Below are positions 38,522 through 48,490 of a stretch of DNA of 64,000 nt, one piece after another. Under the pieces are notes generated by a model. The model saw nothing but the letters and a program-made list of their open reading frames with translations. It was not told the DNA's origin and ran no database searches. This DNA comes from a virus (lineage: Duplodnaviria > Caudoviricetes), in IMG/VR virus record IMGVR_UViG_2724679462_000002, positions 79,741 to 143,740 of that record; one strand, given 5' to 3'. The stretch's first letter is position 1. Each line of letters begins with the position of its first letter. The translations under genes and the position numbers were made by a program.

Positions 38522-38640
38522 CACGTACACCGACATGAACGGCAGGGACGGCTCCGGCCAGTTGCTCCCCCCCCCCCACCGACGTATACCAATCGCGCCG
38601 AACGGCGCGGGCAGGGTGGAGTGTCTAACAGGCGAGGGAC

Positions 38641-39186
38641 ATGGTGGAACCGAAAATGATCATCGTCACGTCACCGCACCAACACGAGTTCCTCGATAGA
38701 TGGTTGCGTGGCTTCATCGAATCGCCACGATTCGCATGGGTGTCAATGGAAGTCGGCTTCGACGAGATGCAGCGTCGGAGGCGTGACAGCATGCCCCCGG
38801 CGCTAACTGGCAGCACTGGTGAGACCGTCTTCAGCTTCAATTCCTCGGCCGTACAAATAACTGGGCGGGCCACGTTCAACGACGCGCTTCGGAATCTCTG
38901 TGCTCGCAAGAAAATACTAATTAATAAGGACGGGCACTGTCTCGTTTCTCGGTTACTCATCGATTCCGAAAAACCGGAAGCTAAAGCGGCTCTATTTCTG
39001 GAATTGCCGAAACCGTGCGACCGTTATTCCTACCCGCTTTACTTGGCAGAGCTCAGACGCGACATTCGATGGGGCATCTTTGGCGACATGTCGGAGCATC
39101 AGTGGGAAGTGGCGCTCGCCAGGGAGGAGATCGTCATCTCGTCGAGCGGGGCGTTCGTAACAGTAAACGCGACTTTTCGCAGGTAA
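38641..39186 (+). CDS. Hypothetical protein
   Basis: 181-aa ORF with GAGGG upstream. Confidence 0.55.
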   Translation: MVEPKMIIVTSPHQHEFLDRWLRGFIESPRFAWVSMEVGFDEMQRRRRDSMPPALTGSTGETVFSFNSSAVQITGRATFNDALRNLCARKKILINKDGHCLVSRLLIDSEKPEAKAALFLELPKPCDRYSYPLYLAELRRDIRWGIFGDMSEHQWEVALAREEIVISSSGAFVTVNATFRR

Positions 39187-39987
39187 GTCCTACCTGAATC
39201 TGTAACTTTTCTGACTCCCGCGAAATTCGAGTCAAAACTTGTTCGGCGTCGGACCGACCGGTGACGACTTAGGGTTTTGTAAGAAATCGCGCGCCCGAGC
39301 GAAGAGAATTTGCACGTTGACCGTGCGTCCACGGCAGCGCAAAACATAGACACGTTCCACCCATGTCAATAGGTTTTTCCGAACGTACGTGCTTTACAAC
39401 ACGGAACACGCGAAAAAAATACCTACTGAAAGGATTTCCGCCTGGACGCTCAGCATTTAAGCGTCTGCAGAACTAGATAAGGGCCACATCGGAAAGCTAC
39501 CTTACAACTAGATTCTTTAGAGTCAAATTTTGCAAGAAATTATTTTGATTTGATGACACAGGTTTACCGACGAAAGGAGTAAAGTGCGCGCCTCTTCACC
39601 GGATATCACGTTAACCCTTAGGTAAGTTTGACCGACCGTCGGACGTCTTCAAGTTCCGACGCAGCCAACAAAACCCGCTCTTCCGCACGACCAGAACGAC
39701 TACTCGCTCGACCTCTACGCACCGCCCGAAATAACTTCAAACATAACCAGCCCATACAAGCGCTCTGTTATCGCAATCGCAATCGACATTAACTTAGTAA
39801 AAAATTACGCCGCTCGGTATATGTTGTAGGAGAAGATCTAACCATCTGACCCATCGACCACAGTCGCAAGACTCGGTCGACCGGCAACCCCGTAATCCCC
39901 GTTGATAGTTTCTCTCCTCATTGAGGAGTGCTTAGACACGTCCGTATCAAAGCCTTTCGGCGACGCTGATTCTAAATAGTTTCAGGC

Positions 39988-39996
39988 ACATATCAC
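39988..39996 (+). promoter_or_regulatory. Phage promoter motif ACATATCAC upstream of chimallin
   Basis: Context CATATCACCACCCTGAC is shared with the copy at 50022. Confidence 0.7.
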
Positions 39997-40071
39997 CACC
40001 CTGACACTAGACAGAAAAGATTAGTGTTCGCGCGATCATTAACCTGATTTAGAGAAGAAAAGGAAACAACC

Positions 40072-42039
40072 ATGGCAGTCAACCACACTGGCAACAAGCA
40101 AGGCGCAGCAGCAGAAACCTCGATGGCCGCAGCATTCAGCCGCCAGCAAGACCAACCTGCGCAACAGCCGCAGCAGCAAGCCGCTGCGAGCGCCGCACAG
40201 CGGCCGATTCAGCGCACCCGTCTGTCGGATATCGGCAGCCTCTCGCGCGCGGCAATGGGCCGCAACCCGCAGAGCGAAGTCATCACGAAGCTCAGCAAGG
40301 CGCTCGAAGTAGCGTTCGCTGGCATCGACAAGAGCTACGAAGTCACGCTCATCCCGATCGACTACAACAACACGAAGTCGCTGGTCAAGTCGGTCATCGT
40401 CGTCGCCATGCGCGATCTGGTGAACAAGGAAACGGGCGTGGCGTGCCACACCCTCATCCTGGAAGGCTCGAGCGAGCCGCTGCAGGTCGGCTACCAGATG
40501 ATCAACAACCAGAACGTCGAAATTCTGCGTGTGAGTGGCGACTACAACAACAAGACGCTGTCGGACGAAGTCCTGAGCGCCGTGGCGCGCACGTTCGCCG
40601 GCATGCCGATCTGGCCGGTGGATGCATGCGTGGTGCCGCGCGACTTCAACGTCGAAGACCCGACGCTGGTTCACGAGCTGGCAGCGAATGCTGCGACGGC
40701 TTGCCAGACCGAACTCGAAGTTCGTCAGCCGGGCGGCTTCCAAGACGTGGACCTCGGCACCGTCGAGCATGAGAACTCGCTGACCGTTCAGCCGACGTTC
40801 GGCAACGGTCAGTCGCGTGACATGGTCGGCGCGCCGGTTCGCTCCGACATCGTCATCGACTTCCGCGCAGGCGGCCAGGAAATCCCGGGTCAGCAAGGCG
40901 AGACGCAACGCGTGAAGCAAATCTCGCGCATCAGCGGCTACATGGACCTCTTGTGGGCGCCGACCGAGCAGCAGACGCAACGTTTCGATCCGTGGGTTCA
41001 GCAAACGGCTCAGGCGTCGTCGCCCGACGAGTTCAAGCGTTACCGCCCGCGTTTCGTGATGACCGATCTCGAGTCGGTGCAGCTACTCACGATCCCGGCG
41101 CAACTCCTGGCGCTCGTGACGGCATTCACGCTGGCTGAGAACAACGCATGGGTCGAAGCATTCCGTCCGGCTCCGATGAACAACAGCGCGGAAGTGGACT
41201 GGAAGGACATCGGTGCGATCGGCATCGAAGCCAACTTCGAGAAGAACCAGAATGGCTTCGGTTCGCGCGTGGACACGAAGTCGGACGCGTTCCAGCGTGT
41301 TCAAGGTCAGGCAGGCGATCACCTCCTGCGTCTGGTCGGTTCGGTCATCACGCCGAAGCTGCTCCTCTCGCTGGACGTGCCCGAGTGCGGTCCGCAGACC
41401 TGGTTCAACGGCATCTTCGCAGCAGCCGCTGAGCTGAACGGCAACAACTGGCAGAAGGCGAATGAAATCATCATCCGTGCAGCGAACGTGCTCACGCATG
41501 GCAACTTCAGCCGCTACTTCCAGGCCGGCGCGCGTGTGGCGTCCGACGAATTCAACCGCATCCACCTGGGTTGGTACGTCGACCGTCATGGCGTGAAGCG
41601 CGATCTGCGCGATGTCGATTACCTGGCCGTGCTCAACATGGTCGGCGATCGCGATCCGGAAGTCGCACGCGAATGGTCGGACTCGTTCGCTCGCACCAAC
41701 CTGGATCTGCAAGTCCGTCTGGCGAAGCGCAAGCAGATCATCGAAGGCGTCCTCGGCAAGAACAATGTCGAGTTCACCGGCTTCGCACGCCGCGTGACCT
41801 TCGAACCGGCGTTCATCGTCGCGCTGCTCAACGCGTGCAAGGACACGGGCCTCTCGGTTCGCACCATTGCACCGATGACCGATCTGAACCAGTACGAGCG
41901 CGCGGTCAACCCGTACGCGATGTCGGCTGGTCTGGACACGTCTTCGCTGAACGGTTCGGTGTTCAACCGCGGCTTTGGGCATCAGCAGCAACAGCAGCAT
42001 GGCGCCCGCGCTGGCTTCAGCCGCTGGTCCCAGCAGTAA
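40072..42039 (+). CDS. chmA: Chimallin, major nuclear shell protein (phiKZ gp54-like)
   Basis: 655 aa, very biased codons, AAGGA RBS, own promoter and terminator, Q-rich flexible termini. Immediately upstream of nvRNAP beta' N, the conserved chimallin position. Call rests on synteny and size. Confidence 0.75.
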   Translation: MAVNHTGNKQGAAAETSMAAAFSRQQDQPAQQPQQQAAASAAQRPIQRTRLSDIGSLSRAAMGRNPQSEVITKLSKALEVAFAGIDKSYEVTLIPIDYNNTKSLVKSVIVVAMRDLVNKETGVACHTLILEGSSEPLQVGYQMINNQNVEILRVSGDYNNKTLSDEVLSAVARTFAGMPIWPVDACVVPRDFNVEDPTLVHELAANAATACQTELEVRQPGGFQDVDLGTVEHENSLTVQPTFGNGQSRDMVGAPVRSDIVIDFRAGGQEIPGQQGETQRVKQISRISGYMDLLWAPTEQQTQRFDPWVQQTAQASSPDEFKRYRPRFVMTDLESVQLLTIPAQLLALVTAFTLAENNAWVEAFRPAPMNNSAEVDWKDIGAIGIEANFEKNQNGFGSRVDTKSDAFQRVQGQAGDHLLRLVGSVITPKLLLSLDVPECGPQTWFNGIFAAAAELNGNNWQKANEIIIRAANVLTHGNFSRYFQAGARVASDEFNRIHLGWYVDRHGVKRDLRDVDYLAVLNMVGDRDPEVAREWSDSFARTNLDLQVRLAKRKQIIEGVLGKNNVEFTGFARRVTFEPAFIVALLNACKDTGLSVRTIAPMTDLNQYERAVNPYAMSAGLDTSSLNGSVFNRGFGHQQQQQHGARAGFSRWSQQ

Positions 42040-42081
42040 GCAGTAGCGTCTGCGCCTCGCTCACGCGGGGTGCAGTTGAGC

Positions 42082-42127
42082 GGAGGGGGCGAAAGCCCTC
42101 TCCCCTCCTTTTATGCCGTTTTTTTTT
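42082..42127 (+). terminator. Terminator after chmA
   Basis: GGAGGGGGC-GAAA-GCCCTCTCC hairpin, then TTATGCC and a T run. Confidence 0.7.
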
Positions 42128-42173
42128 GGTTCATGGACGCGGATCGACCACCGCGCGCAATAAGAGAAAGAAG

Positions 42174-42296
42174 ATGAATGCTTGGTTGTTGTTTGGTGCA
42201 GCTTGGTTGGTGTTGGCAGTTTCGCTTGCGTGGCTTCTTCGCGGCACCTCCTCGAACATCGCGCTGCCCGAGGAGGAAAGGTCGGTGCAGACGTAA
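42174..42296 (+). CDS. 40-aa single-TM membrane peptide
   Basis: MNAWLLFGAAWLVLAVSLAWLL; purine-rich leader. Confidence 0.5.
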   Translation: MNAWLLFGAAWLVLAVSLAWLLRGTSSNIALPEEERSVQT

Positions 42297-42345
42297 GCAC
42301 CGCGTGTGACGCCGGTTTCCTAGACGGTTGAAACGAAACTTGGCG

Positions 42346-42354
42346 ATATATCAC
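42346..42354 (+). promoter_or_regulatory. Phage promoter motif ATATATCAC
   Basis: TGGCGATATATCACT is identical to the copy upstream of phuZ. Confidence 0.65.
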
Positions 42355-42461
42355 TACCGCGAATAGATTGCAGGGCGATTTTTATTTCCCCAGGCAATCG
42401 TAAGAAGCACCGCAGCAAAACGATCCCCAATCAAGCAGTTGCACCAAGCAAGGAGAACACG

Positions 42462-43988
42462 GTGGGCGTATTCCTCCAACTCGTGAACCAAGACGAAGTG
42501 TTCAATCACTTCTCGTCGAAGGAACCGATCATCATCAACGACCTCTCGGACACGTCCGAAGAGGAAAAAGAACACATCTACAACCTGATCTTCACGAAGT
42601 ACGATCTGATCAACTCGGATCTGCTCTCGAACATCCCCGCATGCGACTGCGGCAACACGGTCGGCGTCGACAAGCTCGGCGACGGGAAGTACATCAAGGC
42701 TGTCGTGTGTCCGGACTGCCACACCGAGGTGACAGCACCGCATCAGCGCGATCTCGAGCCCTTGATCTGGCTGCGTGCACCGAACGGCGTTACCGCGCTG
42801 ATCAATCCGACGGTCTGGACGATGATCGCAGAGCGCTTCGAGAAGAGCAACTTCGACGTGATGCGCTGGATCGTGGACGTGAATTACAAGCCGGCTGTGA
42901 AGGAGCCGCCTGTGATGGAGTACATCCGCAAGTCAAACATCCCGCGCGGCTACAACCATTTCGTCGAGAACTTTGATCAGATCATGGACTTCATGTTCAA
43001 TCTGAAGTTCTACAGCAAGAAAAAGCTCGCCCCGCTTAAGCAGCTGCTGCAGGAACAGCGCGATTGCGTCTTCTCGAAATACATGCCGCTGCCGAACCGT
43101 TCGCTGCTCGTGCTCGAAGACACGAACCACGGCTCTTACACGGACGCGACCGCACCTGTTGCTGTGGATGCGATCCTGATGATGGTCGGCATTGACGCGC
43201 CGCTCTCTGTCCACTCCGAGCGAGTGAAGGAGAACCGCACGATCAAGATGATCATCCAGACGGCGCAGTATTACGACGAGACGATGCGCACGGTGTTGGC
43301 GAAGAAGGAAGGCATCTTCCGTAAGCACGTGTACGGCACGCGAGCCCACTTCAGCTTCCGCGCAGTGATCAGCTCGCTCACGGATCGCCACGACTACGAC
43401 GAAGTCCACATTCCGTGGGGAATCGGGATCGCGGTGTTCGAACTGCATCTGAAGAACCGCATGATGCGCCAAGGCATGACGCCGTCCGAAGCGGATGCGT
43501 ACCTGTTGGACCATGCAGCGAAGTACTGCCCGATGCTGGACCAGATGTTCCGCGACTTCATCGAGCGTTCGCCGTACAAGGGCGTACCGATCGTGCTGCA
43601 ACGCAATCCGTCGCTGGCGCGTTCGTCGGCACAGGCCATGTTCATCACGAAGGTGAAGAACGAGCCCGCGATCCCGACGATCTCGATGAGCATTCTGTCG
43701 GTGGTCGGCTTCAACGCGGACTTTGACGGCGACCAGCTCAACGCGACGCTGTCGCTCGACTTCGTGACGGCCGAGGAGCTGTATCGACTGGCACCGCATC
43801 AGAGCGTGTTCGACATGAACGCGCCGCGTACGGTGTCGCGCAATCTGTCGATGCCGAAGACCGTGATCGCGACGATCAGCAACTGGATCCACTGGGACGA
43901 ACCGGAGCAAGCCGACCCGGAAGTCTTGCGTCGTATGGCAGCCATTCCCGAAGCCGCTCCGGTGGAACCGGTTTCGGCCGTTCATTAA
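42462..43988 (+). CDS. rpoC: Non-virion RNA polymerase beta' N-terminal subunit (phiKZ gp55-like)
   Basis: Zn finger CDC...CPDC, KEGIFRKHVYGTR, QRNPSL and catalytic FNADFDGD. Confidence 0.9.
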   Translation: MGVFLQLVNQDEVFNHFSSKEPIIINDLSDTSEEEKEHIYNLIFTKYDLINSDLLSNIPACDCGNTVGVDKLGDGKYIKAVVCPDCHTEVTAPHQRDLEPLIWLRAPNGVTALINPTVWTMIAERFEKSNFDVMRWIVDVNYKPAVKEPPVMEYIRKSNIPRGYNHFVENFDQIMDFMFNLKFYSKKKLAPLKQLLQEQRDCVFSKYMPLPNRSLLVLEDTNHGSYTDATAPVAVDAILMMVGIDAPLSVHSERVKENRTIKMIIQTAQYYDETMRTVLAKKEGIFRKHVYGTRAHFSFRAVISSLTDRHDYDEVHIPWGIGIAVFELHLKNRMMRQGMTPSEADAYLLDHAAKYCPMLDQMFRDFIERSPYKGVPIVLQRNPSLARSSAQAMFITKVKNEPAIPTISMSILSVVGFNADFDGDQLNATLSLDFVTAEELYRLAPHQSVFDMNAPRTVSRNLSMPKTVIATISNWIHWDEPEQADPEVLRRMAAIPEAAPVEPVSAVH

Positions 43989-44001
43989 CGCGAGGTGAGA
44001 A

Positions 44002-44622
44002 ATGGTAATGGTCGTTCAGGGTAATACCCAGACGTTCAACAGTCTCGTGTATGGCGCTCAAAAACACCCGGGCACCCTCGCGTTTCTGGAGAACCAGGTC
44101 CAGCAGTTCAGTGGAGCACTGACCGAGTTCGGTCAGGCATTCTTCAACTCGGCGAAGCATCTCTACGACAGCTTCAACAGTTCGGAAGCGATCCGCATTG
44201 CGCGGGCAGCGACGCGCAAATTCGACAGCCTCTTCATGAGCGACAAGATCCAGACCATCTGGGATCTGGGCAGGCTGCAACATGCCCCGCTCACGATGCA
44301 GCGCTGGATCATGGCGCAGGAAGATGTGCGTACGCTCTATCACCAGCAGCGTTGCGATGGCTATTCGCAGACGTATTGCGACGTCGAGCCGGGTCGTCGT
44401 GGTGTTGAGCAGTACGACTGGCGCCGCATTCATCACGGCGTGGTGCAGGACACGGAAGACGGTGGCTGGGTCGTTCACCACTATCTCGACGAGATTCACG
44501 AAGGCGATCGCGAACTGGAGTTTGAGGAGAAGGCAGACGTCCTCAACACCCACGACGTGATCCGCGCGTATGTCGAGATGGGTCAGGACGATCCGACCTC
44601 GAAGTGGAACGAAAGGCTCTAA
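44002..44622 (+). CDS. Conserved hypothetical protein
   Basis: GAGGTG RBS; 206 aa. Confidence 0.75.
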   Translation: MVMVVQGNTQTFNSLVYGAQKHPGTLAFLENQVQQFSGALTEFGQAFFNSAKHLYDSFNSSEAIRIARAATRKFDSLFMSDKIQTIWDLGRLQHAPLTMQRWIMAQEDVRTLYHQQRCDGYSQTYCDVEPGRRGVEQYDWRRIHHGVVQDTEDGGWVVHHYLDEIHEGDRELEFEEKADVLNTHDVIRAYVEMGQDDPTSKWNERL

Positions 44623-44744
44623 GAAACGACGCCCGGGAGATGAAGGTCTTCCGGGTCTCCTTTCGTATTCCTTTCTTTTTTGCTTGGTCGAACGGTATCG
44701 ATCGGCAGATTTTATGTCTCCCTTAGATACTGTGAGTCCCAATC

Positions 44745-45179
44745 ATGCCAACTCCCGTGCCGTCTCTGTCTACTGCTGGCTGGGTCGTATCCCCGCAGCA
44801 GAAAGCCGACTTGTTGATGGCGCACATCTACGAGTCGATGAACAACCAGACGTACATGTACCCCGGCAACATCACCAGCATTCAGTATGTGATCGAGAAG
44901 CACGCTGGTGACATCCCCGGCACGTGTCAGGCGATTCAGGTCGCGATGGAAACGTACCTGCAGCGCTACTACGACGACGCGACCGTCCAAGTCGCGAGCG
45001 ACAACAGCGACGGGACCAGTCTCGTGACGCTGATGGTTTACGCGCAGGTCACCGAGGACGGAGTGACGTACCCGTATTCGGGACTCATCCAGGCAAGTAA
45101 TTCCAAGTTCATCAAAGCCGTGAATTTGAACAACACCGGAAAGTCGGTAGCGGCCAACGTCATCCAACAAGCATCATGA
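44745..45179 (+). CDS. Hypothetical protein, possibly T4 gp25-like baseplate/sheath initiator
   Basis: Size and helix-strand pattern IQVAMETYLQRYYDDATVQV; weak evidence. Confidence 0.45.
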   Translation: MPTPVPSLSTAGWVVSPQQKADLLMAHIYESMNNQTYMYPGNITSIQYVIEKHAGDIPGTCQAIQVAMETYLQRYYDDATVQVASDNSDGTSLVTLMVYAQVTEDGVTYPYSGLIQASNSKFIKAVNLNNTGKSVAANVIQQAS

Positions 45180-45778
45180 TTTCCGACATCAAACCCATCA
45201 CGCCTCCGGGCCCCGCGTTCGAAGAAGTGCCCACGCCGAATAAGACGCCGGGCTGGTTGGAAAGCCTATTTCGCCAGATCAACAAATCGATCCTCGACGT
45301 CGTGCATTTCGCGCAACACGAATATCTCGACTACCGCAAGCTTCCGCATGCCCTGAAGACTAGTGAAGTCCTGACCAAGCCGCAACTGCAGCAGGACCGT
45401 ACGATCATCGTTCAGACGGTGTTCCCGATCGCGACGGAGAACTGTTTCGTGGTTGTCTACACACCGGTCTTCGAAAATGGCGAAGACGCGATGCTGGGTC
45501 AGCAGCCCGACGACGTCGCGGTCGTCGACTTCAAGCTCTTCTGTTATCAGGAGCGCGGCCGCTTCGTCTACGAGAACGTCCCGCAAACCCCAACGCCCCC
45601 CGTTGCTGCGGAACTCAAGCGCCAGGCGCATGCACTGGGATTGCGCAACATGCAGTTCCTGTACTTCACCGTGCTCACGCCGAACGTGGTCGAGGCCTTC
45701 GACGATCCGAACGGCTACAGCAAGCCGCAAGCGAAAGTCACCGAAGTCTCTGACGGTCCGACGCCCGCAGCCGACTAA
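45176..45778 (+). CDS. Hypothetical protein
   Basis: ATGA overlap; 200 aa. Confidence 0.7.
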   Translation: MISDIKPITPPGPAFEEVPTPNKTPGWLESLFRQINKSILDVVHFAQHEYLDYRKLPHALKTSEVLTKPQLQQDRTIIVQTVFPIATENCFVVVYTPVFENGEDAMLGQQPDDVAVVDFKLFCYQERGRFVYENVPQTPTPPVAAELKRQAHALGLRNMQFLYFTVLTPNVVEAFDDPNGYSKPQAKVTEVSDGPTPAAD

Positions 45779-45789
45779 GGAGTCTGCGT

Positions 45790-46419
45790 ATGAACCAGCC
45801 CGCGAACAAGTTTCAAGCAGCACGCGCTCGTGTAACGTACGGACGCGAAGAGGGCCAGTCGAACTTCATCAATACGATCGCGGCGAGTCTCAACGCCATC
45901 GCTTCGGAAGATGTCGCGCGCCTGCCGGAGGATCTCTTCTCGAAAGTCTTCCTGCCGCTTCTCGCCGGCGACGCGGAACTCCCGCACAAAGTCACGGTTG
46001 CCGACTGGATCTCGATTGCTGGCACGCCGTACAAGTCCGTCGACGTGTTTGAACCGGCGACCGACAAGGTGCTTTTCCGGGTGCCACCCCTGTTTGACTA
46101 TCAGGGTGTGAACCCGGTCCGCGACCCAGCGGACCGGCGGCTAACGCCGATTCAGGATGTCGTCAAGCTGGCGGATCAGTACTCCCACCTGCACCCGATG
46201 GCGGGCGTGAATTATTTGCGCAACGTTTTGGGTCAGCGCGCGACGCTCATGAACACGAGCGACAAGCTCCGCAAACACGCTGCCGCGTGGAACGAGATCC
46301 TGACGCGGTACGGTCGCCCTCCTCTCTTCGCAGCGGAACAAGCACCGGCCGCTGCTCCCGCGCAAGCGTCGGGAACGGCACCCACACAGGGAGAAGAGCC
46401 CGAGTATGAGGACTTCTGA
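45790..46419 (+). CDS. Hypothetical protein
   Basis: TAAGGAG RBS; 209 aa. Confidence 0.75.
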   Translation: MNQPANKFQAARARVTYGREEGQSNFINTIAASLNAIASEDVARLPEDLFSKVFLPLLAGDAELPHKVTVADWISIAGTPYKSVDVFEPATDKVLFRVPPLFDYQGVNPVRDPADRRLTPIQDVVKLADQYSHLHPMAGVNYLRNVLGQRATLMNTSDKLRKHAAAWNEILTRYGRPPLFAAEQAPAAAPAQASGTAPTQGEEPEYEDF

Positions 46420-47524
46420 CCTCAAAGTTGCCACCGTCAGTGATATTCATCTCGGCGCTAAGCGCACACCGACGCGTGACATCATCAAGAACTTGAAGGC
46501 CGCCTTCCCGGATAACGAGGAGACGGCCGAACTCGACATGATCTGCCTCGTAGGGGACGTGTTCGATACGTTGTTGTCGTTGAATGACGAAGATTTGGTA
46601 GAGATCGATTTCTGGATCGCTCACCTGCTGCGCCTGTGCAAAAAGCACGACATCGTGCTCTACGTCCTCGAGGGGACGCCGAGTCACGACTGGCGCCAGT
46701 CGGAGCGGTTCGTCTCTATCAATGAGATCGCAGGCATTGGCGCTAATCTCAAATATGTTAAAGACATTTCCGTCGAGTACGAACCCTCCCTGGACATCTG
46801 GGTTGGGTTCGTACCCGACGAGAGTGCGCCGACAACAGACCAAACTCTTAGCCAAATCTACGACCTGCTCCGAGCCAAAGGACTCGAACAGGTAGATCTG
46901 ATGTTCATGCACGGGCAATTCGAATATCAGCTCCCGCCCCACGTCAAAGCACAGAAGCATGACTCGGAAGCGTATCTCCGGATCACGCGCATGGGCGTCT
47001 TCATCGGACACGTCCATATCCAGTCGACCTACAAGTGGATCTACGCCCAAGGTTCCTTCGATCGTCTCGGTCACGGTGAAGAAGAGCCGAAGGGACATTT
47101 CCGCGCGACCTTCCATCCGAACGGCGATCGCGATGTCGTGTTCGTCGAGAACGCTGGTGCCCGCAAATTCATCACGGTGTACTGCATGCACATGTCGGTC
47201 GAGGACTCGCTGCTCGAAATCGAGCGCCGCGTGAAGCACCTGCCCGATAACTCGGCGGTCCGTTTGGAGGCGAACTACGACCATCCGCTGTTCGCGGACA
47301 TGGATGCGCTAATGCGGATCTATCCGCAGTTCGTCTGGAGCAAGAACCCGAAAGACGCGGACGAAGTGGAGGAGCCCGCGCTTGAAGAGGGAACGGTGGA
47401 GTTCGTGCCTATCACGATCACACGCGAAAACATTGTCGAGCTACTCTCCGAGCGCCTGCAATCCATGGGCGTCTCGGCGGACATGATCGCCATTGCACAA
47501 ACAAAAATCGATGAGGTGAGGTGA
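46406..47524 (+). CDS. sbcD: SbcD/Mre11-like metallophosphoesterase nuclease
   Basis: SDIHLG, GDVFD, GTPSHD, MHG, GHVH and GSFDRL motifs. Confidence 0.85.
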   Translation: MRTSDLKVATVSDIHLGAKRTPTRDIIKNLKAAFPDNEETAELDMICLVGDVFDTLLSLNDEDLVEIDFWIAHLLRLCKKHDIVLYVLEGTPSHDWRQSERFVSINEIAGIGANLKYVKDISVEYEPSLDIWVGFVPDESAPTTDQTLSQIYDLLRAKGLEQVDLMFMHGQFEYQLPPHVKAQKHDSEAYLRITRMGVFIGHVHIQSTYKWIYAQGSFDRLGHGEEEPKGHFRATFHPNGDRDVVFVENAGARKFITVYCMHMSVEDSLLEIERRVKHLPDNSAVRLEANYDHPLFADMDALMRIYPQFVWSKNPKDADEVEEPALEEGTVEFVPITITRENIVELLSERLQSMGVSADMIAIAQTKIDEVR

Positions 47525-47528
47525 TGGA

Positions 47529-48392
47529 ATGCAGCTGACGAATGCAGGCATTGCCGAGCGTGCTGTTGGTCAGTATCCCCTCTCCGTCGCCACGTCGCTG
47601 GCGATTGAGAGTGCCAACGGAATTCACCCGGAAATCCCGGTGGACTCTCCGCCTATCCTCAAGTACGAGGAGCTGTGGGTCAACGGTAAAACCTTGTTCC
47701 GCAACTTCATTGGTGCGCTCGACAAGGTTACGGCCGGAAGCGTGATACCGGAAGAGATCGCGGCAAACCTTGACGACGAGATGGAGCAGATCAGCCAGAT
47801 CGTCGCCGAGAGCAGCAGTGGTCGCTGCAAGGTCGTGTTCTACGTGAACAACATGACGAATCTCGTCCCGCGCTATCGCTACGCCACCCTGCGTAAGGAC
47901 AACACCCCTAAGCAGATGGAGTACTCGGCCATTCTGAAGAAGACGCTCGCGCTCATGCTGGCTGAAAACAAGACGCGGCCCTTTCCGATCCTGACTTTCG
48001 ATCGTCTGCTCAGCCCACTTCAAGAAGTCACGCCGAAGCTTCTGCTGTTGACGCACGTCGCGTACGACCTGCTCTCGGCTAAAAACTTTCGCAGCGTCAC
48101 GCTGCTGGAATCGCATACGGGACGACTTAAAGACAAAGCGCTCTGGTACACGAAGTACACCAATGGGCGCGACCTGATCATGCTGCCGTTTCGCGAAGAC
48201 CTCATGCAGGTCTTTGGCGATAACGAAACGTTCGTTCCGATGCCGATCAAAGTTCGAAAGGAGGTTATCGAGATTGCCAACCGTTTTCACTGGACGAGCG
48301 TTACAACCACCGACAAGGTGCGCTTGGGACTCGAGTTCATCCAGGATCCCTTCACGCGGGAGACTTTGAAGAACATCGTTACCGGTCAATAG
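47529..48392 (+). CDS. Conserved hypothetical protein
   Basis: GAGGTG RBS; 287 aa, within the nvRNAP block. Confidence 0.75.
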   Translation: MQLTNAGIAERAVGQYPLSVATSLAIESANGIHPEIPVDSPPILKYEELWVNGKTLFRNFIGALDKVTAGSVIPEEIAANLDDEMEQISQIVAESSSGRCKVVFYVNNMTNLVPRYRYATLRKDNTPKQMEYSAILKKTLALMLAENKTRPFPILTFDRLLSPLQEVTPKLLLLTHVAYDLLSAKNFRSVTLLESHTGRLKDKALWYTKYTNGRDLIMLPFREDLMQVFGDNETFVPMPIKVRKEVIEIANRFHWTSVTTTDKVRLGLEFIQDPFTRETLKNIVTGQ

Positions 48393-48490
48393 GTGCGGGG
48401 AACACGATTCGACTGGGGATTTTTTATTCATCGTGGGTATCGTTTGTCACCCCTTGACAAGCATGCTTAGAACATCGGATTACAAAGAAA

